Assembly (NCBI RefSeq): GCF_018350175.1
Contig: NC_058368.1
Location: 74,836,001 to 74,900,000, forward strand
Origin: Felis catus
Taxonomy: Eukaryota
Direction: 5' to 3'
DNA: 64,000 bases
In this document: positions 53,621 through 64,000 of the stretch, piece by piece
How positions within the stretch are numbered: the first letter of the stretch is position 1
Layout of the letters: the number at the start of each line of letters is the position of its first letter
The notes under the pieces: model-generated
Seen by the model: only the letters and a program-made list of their open reading frames with translations
Databases searched by the model: none
What the model was told of the DNA's origin: nothing
Program-made: the position numbers and the translations under genes

Positions 53621-55437
53621 TGGTTCCAGCACTTTCTTAAGTCAAGTGACCCAGAAGAGGCCCTGTGTTGACAGTTCATGAGGAAGTGACTTATTGAGGA
53701 ATTTCTCCCAAGTAAACTAGCAAAGGAGAGAGGCAGACATGAAGGGAGGAGGGGAGAAAAAGATGGCCGCCACCATGGCTCCGTGCTCAGGTAAAAGCAT
53801 TGGTTCAGTTATTTCATTAATTTTCATCTCAGGTTTCAAAGTAAACCAAAAGCACATAGCACCGTTCCTGGCACACAGTAAGTGATAACTTTTGTTAAGG
53901 AGCAGAGTTACCAAAAAGAGTCTTACTTTGGTCTTTTCCCGCTCCTTTCTTGATATACTTCTTCCCTGGTTAATGCCTTGGGAGTTTTCCTTTATAATGT
54001 TGTCTGACCCATCCTTCCTTCCCATTGCCATAGTCTCTCAGGCTGAGGTACAATCTTGACCTCCTGCTTCGATGGACTTAGAACCTTCCTATCCCATCTC
54101 CATGTGTCTGGTACCTGCTTCTCGAATTCATCTTCGGATCCGTCATACGGCCAATCTTATACCCCATAACCATCCATTTCAGTGATTAATTTCCACATTA
54201 ACTTCCCAAGTCACACAGTCCCTTGCAGCCCTTGGTGTTGAACATCAGCCTTTTCCCAAGACTGGATGGACTAAAAGTATGCAAAGCATTTCGAGTTTTC
54301 AGCCCCAATTCTCCTCAGCACTAAATCGTCATCTCTTGCCTACACCCAGGATCTTTGTTGTCCAAGACTCTCTCTGCTCTCTTTGGCAAATGGCTCTGTA
54401 TTCTTTTCGTCTCAGCTCTCCATTTTTGGTCTAGAGATGTGTCTTGGAACCCTTGCTTTGTGTCTGGAGGTCTGCTACCTGCATGATAGCTTTACTGACT
54501 TATCTGTGCAGTGACAGGGTCAAGTTGAACTTCACATAAAATGAATATCTCATGGATGTTGTTGGTTCTTAGATGCGGCTCATGAACTGCCCTGCTTCAC
54601 CCATCAATGCCATCCCGTGCTCCACTCCTTCAACTTTCTTCACCATCCTGACTGCTCCTTCTTCTGCAGTCTGCTTATCTTGCTAATTTGGCTTAAATCA
54701 TGTTTTCTCTTGACTTTATTCTTTAATTTGGGACCTTTCCGGACTGCGCCGCCTAAGCAGGCATATGTGATTGATGCGGACTCATGTCTCTTCCTTAACC
54801 GGATATTCTACAACCGGTCTTCAGAACCCTAATGGGCAAGGCCAAGAAATAAAATGATCACTGCATTGCCTTTGCCCTCTTGGGGTCTGCAATTGCCCCC
54901 ATGCTTAGAAGACAAGGAGGAAATGAGCTTCGAAAACTGTATTTGGATTTGGTGGGAAAGAATGACTGTTACTCTAACATAACTCTTCTTTCCACCAATC
55001 CACAGTCCCACTTACCTGCCTGCCTGCCTCACCCATTGCTTAGTTCCCAGAGGTCAGATGGCACATGGTAGGATCTCAATAAATATTAATCCTACTAAGA
55101 ATTGATTAGTTTCTCCGTACTGCATGGTCCCCAATCCTGATAGCGCTCTACTTCATGGACTGCTCGGACATCTACCTCTTCATGTTTGGAACCCACTTAG
55201 CTCCCCACCATCTGACTGGGGTGCTCTGTTTCTGTTACTATAGCGTTTTCCAATGATCATTCTTGTGTGTTTGAGGGAGGCATCTTCTTTACCTTAAACC
55301 TAAGCCAGGGGAAGCTCTTACGGCTTTAGGTCCTTATGAACCCTTGAACGTATAAAGATTCTGGCCTCTTTTGATGTATTCTGTAGATACCAACCAGTGC
55401 TCTGAACCTAATAGGACCTCATTCTTGGCTTTTATTT

Positions 55438-55439
<2 letters not shown>

Positions 55440-55480
<41 letters not shown>
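55440..55480. repeat. (TG)n microsatellite
   Basis: Seen directly in sequence. Confidence 0.95.
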
Positions 55481-55482
<2 letters not shown>

Positions 55483-56027
55483 AATTTTTACTTTGTTGGT
55501 CACTTTTATCCGGAAGGAACCTTCACTGCAACCAAATTTGCTTTGTCACAACTACCTCGACATGCACATACGTCCATCTCCACAGTTTTGGACCAGGAAC
55601 TGTATCAGCATAAAAAGGTTTTCTGTTCTTCATGCAACCAAATCATATCAAGTTCTTTTTTCAAGGGTCAAATAAAAATGTGCTTCTTCCTCTGTGACAA
55701 GTTCCCTCACCCCTGAATCATACAACGATGTTTCCTGCTTCCTGCTTTGCAATTCTATCTTGTTGTTTTCTAACATTAAACTTACCCTTGGACATTTCTT
55801 CTTTATTCACTGGTTTATACTTTCTTTGAGAGCAGGACCCATGGAGTTACTTTTTTTTTTTAATTTATTTTTTAACCATTCACTTACTTGTTCAGTGCAT
55901 GTTGGTAGGCCCTCAATAAATATCACTGTGTGAATGAATAAATTGATGAGTTACCTCCAAATATACTAGCTACGCAAAATATGGGAAGGATCTTATCCTT
56001 GAGACTAGAGGCAATAATATATTTCTT

Positions 56028-56251
56028 TTTTCATTAATTCTTTTTTTTAATGTTTATTTATTTTTGAGGCAGAGAGAGACAGAGCATGAATGGGGGAGGG
56101 GCAGAGAGAGAGGGAGACACAGCATCCAAAGCAGGCTCCAGGCTCTGAGCTGTCAGCACAGAGCCCGATGCGGGGCCCAAACCCACAGACGGTGAGATCA
56201 TGACCTGAGCCAAAGTCGGACGCTCAACCGACTGAGCCACCCAGGTGCCCC
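56028..56251 (-). mobile_element. Can-SINE
   Basis: TSD aataatatatttctt 56013-56027 / 56255-56269. Confidence 0.95.
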
Positions 56252-57198
56252 GATAATAATATATTTCTTGAGTAAAAGGTACCAGAGTTTTGAGACAAAA
56301 CTTGCAGTCCAGCCAAAGGGATCAAGATCCACTTTGCCTGGCTGTGTCGTAGTTTTGAAAATTTTGGTAGGACCAACAAGAGTGATGATCTTACCCTGAG
56401 AGAGGTGTCCAGATCCTGGGTGGCCCAGGTAGCAAAGCAGATTCAGGTGATAGAAGAGTGTTGCCATTTGTGTAAGAGAAATGGATTTGCATCCTTCAAT
56501 GAAGAGTCGTCTGCTCTTACGGTTTTGCCCTTCTCCTGCTCCTTCCCGGGATTCAGCCTAGTTGAAATGGACTACTCAGTTTCATCCCATGCTCTGCCTA
56601 ACAAATGCCATAGCCATTTTGTCAGTTTTAGGAAAAACGTGAGTAATCAATTTGTGAGCAGTAGCTGGGAGGTAGGTATTAATATCAGTATGAACCTAGG
56701 GAACCAGGCAACTCTGCGGGGGGTGTTTTTACCACACAGCTGAACCGTTGGTTTATGTGTTTGTTTGTTTCCCAGAATTATAGTCTATTGACACATACAA
56801 CAGCTCAGCGCACTGATTTCAAGTTTCATTCAGCCTAGTTTTATTACTTTAATCAATCCTTACTTAACCCTGTTGCTCTAATTTTCTTTTCTTTGTTTTC
56901 TTGTTTCAGTGATCGCACGGTCTCACACTTTGTGAACATCTCCGTGAATTCTGTTCTCGTTTCAGATTTACCAAATTTTTCCTTAGTCATTGACTCAACT
57001 ATTAATTAGCTATGGCTGCAATGATGCTGTGTAACAACCATCACGAATCTGAATGATTTTGGATGGTGAATATTTGCTTCCTAATCATGGACCTGCAAGT
57101 GGGGTGTTGTGTAGCTGACCTAGGCTGGGGTCCGTTTATTGGCTCTGCTAAAGGTTATAGGTCACCTGAGCTTGCTTACAAGCTTCCCCTGGGTTCAA

Positions 57199-57355
57199 AT
57201 TATATATATACATATATATATATAATATACATATATATGTAATATAATATATATAATTATATTGTATATTATATACATATACATAATATATATGTATGTA
57301 TACCTATAATATATATCATAAACGTGTACAAATATATATATACATAATATATTAT
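57199..57355. repeat. Degenerate (TA)n AT-rich tract
   Basis: Seen directly in sequence. Confidence 0.9.
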
Positions 57356-58134
57356 ACCCACACCTTTAATGTATATAGACCTCGTCAGAGGTCTTGCCTA
57401 TTTCCAACTCTCTCTTTATCCTGTGAGCCTCACATGGACATGACAGATGGCTTTACTATCTTTGATGAGCTTATTTACATATATGAAAAGATTAGCAGCC
57501 ACTCTGCAGGCTTTTAATGCCTACTAGATATTAAAGGGGGAAAGAACCACAATAGCACTATATTTGTTTCCGGTGTGAAGAAGGGGAGATGTGTCAACAT
57601 AAATTTAAACTACCGATCCTACAGCCACCTGTTGCCAGCACTTTTGACGCACTGTTTCACTTTTGAATGGAAACAGTTCTTAACATTTATTTTAAGACGG
57701 CATTGGACGTAGTTTCCAAGATTTTGCCGGCAGAATATTTCCTGCAGAGTAAGCCTGAACTGTTTGCTTGTTTATCCTGCTGATTAAAATTTATTAAAGA
57801 AATAAACACATTGTTTCTTTCAGAGGTAAACCTACAAGCTCTTGGAACAGCCTTGTGACACATTGTCCCGAGGGTATATTGCCCTATTACTACTAAGTTC
57901 CACTCTCTTCTGGACCATGTACCCAATACAGCACTGACTCTCATGACACGTGTGAGAAATTTATGCTTCTAAATCCCACAATTCCGACACTGGAGTCAGT
58001 TGGACAGATGCCAACTGAGTTGACTCCTTAGGTATTGGTAAGACATAGCAACTTCTCAGTATACTCATCTTTTGGGAAATGTCTTATATAGAGTTTGACT
58101 ACATAATATTATGTTCTAGAAAAGGTCAGTTTTA

Positions 58135-58347
58135 TTTTTAATAACATTTTAATGTATATGTATTTATTCTGAGAGAGGGTGAGAGAGAGAGAGGCAGAGA
58201 GAGAGGGGGAGAGAGAGAGAATTCCAAGCAGAAGCCTCACTGTCAGCCCACAGCCTGACGTGGGACTCGATCTCACAACCTCAAGATCATTACCTGAGCT
58301 GAAATCAAGAGTCAGGCTCTTAACAGTCTGAGCCACCCAGGCACCCC
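58135..58347 (-). mobile_element. Can-SINE, older
   Basis: Ends gagccacccaggcacccc. Confidence 0.9.
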
Positions 58348-58859
58348 TAGCCAATGTCAGTTTAAATCGAATGTTTTGACAACGGTCACAATCACTGGCC
58401 CGTACAGTATTATTTCAAGAAAATATGACCATATTTATCTGTGGACCATTGCCATTTATTTTCACATCATACATAATAAAATTCCTGTTTAGCAGAGAGT
58501 AAATAAGACAGAAGGCTACATTTGTGTTCTAAGTCCACACATCCTGAGCTAAGAAGGGGGCTCTGTGGTCTCAATCATCCTGCAGCTACTTATTGTGTAT
58601 AATTTCTCTTGGGAAAATTCTTCTAACTTTAAATTGTTCACAGTCTCTCCCAAACCATATTTCCTATTTCTTCTTGGCATTAAATCTTCATGATGGCCTC
58701 CTGGGATATCCTCTCCTGCTCTCTAGGTGTTTTATTTTCTATGACTAGCCAAATACTATCCGCATTCAAATTCATGTGAATTGCATCCTAATCTTTGAGA
58801 TTTTCTCCGTTCATATTTGTCTGCCATGACTACTGCTCCTTTGATGTTTCCTGGCAACA

Positions 58860-58862
<3 letters not shown>

Positions 58863-58900
<38 letters not shown>

Positions 58901-59014
58901 ATTTCTGTGACTTTACTGTATTTATGTCATTGTGGTGGTCTTGTTTTGTTTTTGTTACTCCTAGGGCAAAGCTTCATTTAGTTTAATGTGTGTGTGTGTG
59001 TGTGTGTGTGTGTG
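58863..59014. repeat. (CT)n (58863-58896) and (TG)n (58987-59014) microsatellites
   Basis: Seen directly in sequence. Confidence 0.9.
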
Positions 59015-59729
59015 TTCATCATAGCATTTAATGTAGTTGTTGATTTTGGTTTGGATTTTGGTTATCAACCAAACTATTCCAAAAAGAAGATTTTTATCTA
59101 AACTCTAAAAGTGATAATGACACAATTTCTGGAAAACAGTTTTTTTTCCTCTGGCAGAATGAGAACATGGTATACCATTTTTCTCTTGAAACATTCTTCT
59201 AAATATTAATGAGTGACCACAGTCCTGTATTTATAGCAGACTGTCTTCATTTCAAACTACAAGCTCCATTGACAAATTCTTACTGGAGATTACAAGTCCT
59301 TACTGGACATCTCCTTTAGATGGTCACTTGATACTTCAACTAAAGTCAATCCTTATATGATATCTTGCAGTTTTCTCCCCCCTGCCCCAGTTAAGTTAAT
59401 TTTCCTTAATCTACTTGGAAAAGATAAGTCATTGCTCACGAAAAAATCTCAGGGGTCATAAAGTCTGTTTAACTCCAATTTCGGAATACTTTGTGAATCA
59501 ATTCTCTCTTTTCCTTCTCTGATACCACCGTACTGACTCAGACCCGACTATTTTAACTTAATCCAAATGAAATCTCCATTTCTGGGGCTCCTTATTTCTA
59601 GAACATTTCCCGGTGACCATCACATTTTTTAATATAAATCAGATCGAATTGTGTGTATCACCAGCTTTAATTTTTAAAATAAATATTTAGGCAAATCTTG
59701 TTTCACCTGTTGGTAAAGCACTTTGGAAC

Positions 59730-59880
59730 CTACATTAGTTTGCTAGACCAACTGTAATGAAACACCAGAGACTGGGTGACCTAAGCAACACATTTTTTTT
59801 TCCTCCGTACTATTAGAGGTTAGAAGTCCCAGATCAAGATGCCAGTAGTGTCAGTTCCCTCTGAGGCCTCTCTGTGCCTT
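59730..59880 (-). mobile_element. MaLR LTR fragment (MLT1-like)
   Basis: acattagtttgctag...caccagagactgggtgacctaagcaaca...agaagtcccagatcaagatgccag. Confidence 0.7.
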
Positions 59881-61376
59881 CCTCAAGCAACTCAGGCAAC
59901 TGTGGCTTTCTCAGTCCAACTGACACTTCCTCAGTTCCTTGGATGACCACACATTTAATCCCCAAGGGCTCCCCATTTGGTCTTTGCTCTCCAAGGAACA
60001 TCCTTCCAGTCACCCTTCACTTAACCAGATCTGATCTTATATATATATGATCCCTTCTTCAATACAATCTTCCCTATGGTCCCAGTGTAAATTAATGTCC
60101 ATATTTTGTTAACCAACAGCAACCTAGACTTTTCTACCATATTTTAATGGTTTTCTACCATTTTTAAAATTTTTCTACCATCACACTCATCGTATTTATG
60201 AAAGTAGTTGTGTAAAGTTTATTTTTTTTTCCGTTAGATTGGTAGATCTAGAGGGAAAGCATGTTCTTCTTTTCTAAACTCCATATCACAGCACAGAGCA
60301 TGCCCAAAACACTCAACGGATATTGTGGAATAAAAGAAAGTATGGTATCCCTCCCATCACTTCTTGGTGAATTAACAAATAATCTCCAAGACTCAGACTA
60401 AATGACTCCTGCATGATGCATTTCCTGATTTGTCAAGGTGAGTTAGATGCTTCCTCCCCTACTCCTGACCACTTGCATCCCGGTCGTCCTCATACATCAG
60501 TTGTGTGGGAAAGCAAAGCCTTCCAAATGGATGGGAGAATCCCATTCAGGCAACACAGACCTTTAATCACCTCATTTTGTAGAATAAGCATCCGTTCCCT
60601 AGATGTGTATTTGGTCATTGTTTTGTTGTTGTTCTCAATTCCAATGCCTAGCTCAGGAAGAAGATAGGACACAATCTCACTGGGCCTTTAGGAATAACCA
60701 AAATGTCTATGAGAGTTCATGGTAGACACTGACCTGGGCATTATACTTCCTCTTCCCATCTCATTCCATACCCTCTATGGAGCTGTTTGGGAAGATTCTT
60801 TGGGACCGGGTTTCTGTAAATTTGAAATGTATGCAATGAGAAAATCGTTTTTCCAAGTCTTTACTGTCATCTTAGTCTCAGCACTGTGATAAAATGGCCT
60901 AGAAGACACAAGTTGTAAAGGAATCTCTTTGTCGCGAGTATTACGGAGATGACATCCATCTTAGCTGCTTGGTGTTCTTTAGAATGCCTGCAAAATGGGG
61001 CTTCCGTGTTTCTTTCATATCTGAAGGCAAACACTAAGCCCTGCATTCCAAATATTGTGGAGAACGTGGCTCCACTCCTGCAATAATAATAATCAATAGT
61101 TTTGAGAAATCTCACATATTTCCTGGGCAGTCTTGACTTTGATCTCTTTCCCATGGTGAATTATTGATCTCTGTTAATAATGAATCTACCTTTCCTCCAT
61201 AGCATCAATCGGCACAGAGAGTTTTCCCAATATCTTGGCTCTATATAGCATGGTGTGACAGCGAGAGGGAAATTGGATAGAAGTGTGATTATGTTGTGAC
61301 CCCATGTTAAATTTCAGAATTAGGTATCCTTGCTCTGAAGAGTCCCTTGATTGTTTCTTTTTACTATACATTTCCT

Positions 61377-61381
<5 letters not shown>

Positions 61382-61429
<48 letters not shown>

Positions 61430-61443
61430 TCTCTCTCTCTCTC
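61382..61443. repeat. (CT)n microsatellite
   Basis: Seen directly in sequence. Confidence 0.95.
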
Positions 61444-62904
61444 CCTCTTTTTTTCTCTTCCCCAACTCTCCTGAACCCCAGGAGAAGATCATAAACTCTT
61501 TTACTGTCATTCCTCAAACATGTATCTTTCTCTTTTTCTTACCTCTAATGAAAGTATATGCTTCCCTTGGTGCACCAAACTTGCCTTAACACATACGGCT
61601 AAAGAAAACTCAATTGTTTGCTACCACAAAAGATGTGGTCACTAATTCAAACTTAGGTCCTATGTTTGTTTTAAAACCATCATATTATCAGTTATGGCCT
61701 CAATACTAGCCAGGCTTCTTAGTTGGGAGCAATGAAACAGTTTAGGTTGATTGAAGAAAATGATCTTTGGACAGCACCATATCACAAGAAATAGCTGGAG
61801 AAGCAGGTTCAAAACCAAGTAGGAGCCCAGGGAAGCTTTGCAGGCAGAGGCACCGCCAAAGTCAAGCCCCAAAATTAGTTCAGTGAGATAATGGTTGCTT
61901 TTTCTGCCCAACTCTGGGTATCATAGCTTAACTACCATTGCCATCGCCACAGGGCACTGGACCTCATCTCCACACAGATTTTGTGACAACATTTCGGCTG
62001 ACTACATCCCCATTTCTGTCATCATGGCTGCTGCAGCGTATCACTAGATTCTTCTTTGACATCCTAGGCAGAAGTGCCTGCATGGCTGAGCTTAAGTCGT
62101 CGTCTGGCGCCTTTTCTCATGGGAGCTGGCTCTGCACCCCCAAATACTCAAAGTAGGGAAGTTCTCCAGTGAAGGAACAGGACTCCAAGTCCAGGGACAG
62201 AATACTAATAATACAACAACTACTACTAATAATAATGGTAATAATACTAAACATCTATCTCCTCATTCACACATTCGCTGTAAGCAGACTTAAGCCAGAT
62301 GGAGATTTCTTCTCCAACATGTCTGAACCCTGTCAAGCCCCTTAAAGGGAAGGAGGGGCTGCTGCAATGAAAATTTTGAGTCTTCATTGGCTTTAAACAG
62401 AAAATGTCCTTCATTTCCCTACCACTGTCATTATCAGACATTTGGGGGTAAAACAGAACTTGCAATGACTTTTTTGAGTGATCCTTATGCATCATTTTGT
62501 AGCTTCCATTTTGTTTTCTCTGTTCTCTGACTTTTTGTATTAAATAGGCTAAAAATGTGGCAACCAATTGATAATGATTTTATTAAAAATGTCTCGATTC
62601 TTTTAGATCTTCAGGGAGTGGGAATGATGGGGAGTGGGCGAGAGAGAATACGTATTTATCTCCATGAGTGTTACTGCTTTTAAAAGAAACAAAAATTTTA
62701 AAAAAATGATCCAATTTTGTATTTATATTATTTAATTTAAATTATATTCATCTATGTTATATTATGTATTTATATTTATGCTAGGTAGGTGGATTTGGAG
62801 ACGTTTTCTCACGCAAGAAATATGCAATAAATACATTATTTTGGTTGCCATCAGAAAGTTTGGTAAATTACTATTTGGTTGACATTTTCAAAGGGGTTAT
62901 GAAA

Positions 62905-63120
62905 TATTTTTTCTTTTTTTAATGTTTATTTATTTATTTTGAGGAAGAAAAGAGCATGCACCAGTGGGGAGGGGCAGAAAGAGGGAAAGAGAATCCCAAG
63001 CAGGCTTCCTGCTGTGAGTCCGGAGCCTGATGCAGGGCTCGATCCCACAAACTTCAGGACCATGACCTGAGATGAAATCAAGAGTGGAAGGCTTCACCAA
63101 CTGAGTCACCCAGGTGCCCC
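62905..63120 (-). mobile_element. Can-SINE, older
   Basis: Ends gagtcacccaggtgcccc. Confidence 0.9.
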
Positions 63121-63459
63121 AGAATTTTTTTCTAATAATACTAGACTAAATCATTTATGATTTTATATTGTCAGGCCTGAAAGAACCAACAATCTATAAA
63201 TATTAAGCTCTAGAGTTAAGAAATAATTTATACTTTTATTCTTCAAAATAAAGAAAATATTTTACTATATAATATTTATATTTAAATTTGAACTCAACCA
63301 CCTTAATCCTGAAAATGGTGACAGTATAGGTTTGGTAAAATTCAAACACCTAAATTTGCAACGATGACAGTCAACCAGATGAAATTATGCCATTCTCTAA
63401 AATCCAAATCAAATTACCTGAAAGACGAAAAAAAAAAAGCTTTAATAATAACTTTACTG

Positions 63460-64000
63460 AGACTTCCAATTTCAGCTCTGATGTGTGAAGAGATTGACCT
63501 GACCTTATAACAAAGAAAAGAAGCTGCAAAACTCTGAGGTGACCTTTCTTGGTCTATCAAAGGGGTGAGTTCCGAGGGCAAGCCACTACTCTAGACTCTG
63601 AATAAACGGTGAATCCAGCATCCCAGCTGGAGTTGAAGTTGCCCTGGAGTGATAAACTGGTAGGAACATTTCAGTGGCACTTGTGACTCATTTCTGGAGG
63701 CTAAATGTCATCTGACATGAAGAGGGTCTCTTTGAGGGACCCCTATATTTGCACGAGTTTTACATTCTGGGATCCCACCAGGCGCTTGTGGTTAAGAGCC
63801 AAGAGAGATCCCATCAGTGTTCTGCCATTAAATGTGAGAAGGAACCAGTAGGAAATATGCCCCGAATAGTCTCCAAGACAAAGGACAGTCCTCTAGGAGA
63901 AACACTAGTTGTGCCTTATGTCTTCAGGGAAGGGTGTTCCCTCTCCTAGCCTCCTACCCATCACCAGCACCCTTTAGCCTTTTTAGCTCACCTAAGGGAG
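63460..64000 (+). mobile_element. Probable old L1M 5' UTR, running off the window
   Basis: gacttccaatttcagctctgatgtgtgaagag resembles L1M 5' ends (recalled, not searched). Confidence 0.45.

Noticed and set aside
1350..58354. Many similar ORFs (GAPGWRSRLSVRLQPGHD..., MAQSVERPTSAQVMIS..., GQRETEHERGRGRE...) that look like a gene family
   Set aside because: All are translations of Can-SINE copies in different frames.
60130..60181. Repeat-spacer pattern reminiscent of CRISPR
   Set aside because: Eukaryotic DNA, 11-bp repeats, ~10-bp spacers and no cas genes.
1..64000. Processed pseudogene, NUMT or non-retroviral viral insert
   Set aside because: None recognised by eye; a BLASTX/BLASTN of the repeat-masked sequence is needed to exclude diverged ones.

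Overview
This is non-coding mammalian genomic DNA, almost certainly from a felid: it carries about 33 tRNA-derived Can-SINEs, 8 of them a near-identical young felid-type subfamily with target-site duplications (TSDs). I cannot support any protein-coding gene, RNA gene, CpG island or CRISPR array; the listed ORFs are repeat translations or chance ORFs. The window looks like a large intron or intergenic tract. Recognisable content includes an old, internally deleted ERVL-class provirus on the minus strand (26.9-30.3 kb) with a nested MaLR LTR, a CR1/L3 LINE fossil whose ORF2 end is still readable (about 24.8-25.2 kb), a Tigger2-type DNA transposon, L1/L2/MIR fragments and microsatellites. The best leads are a perfect Kozak ATG followed by a splice donor (53.77 kb), a cluster of candidate micro-exons (17.1-18.9 kb) and several repeat-free, enhancer-like blocks. 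I found no convincing new biological system. Repeat family names are from recall of consensus sequences, not a database search, and boundaries of old repeats are approximate.
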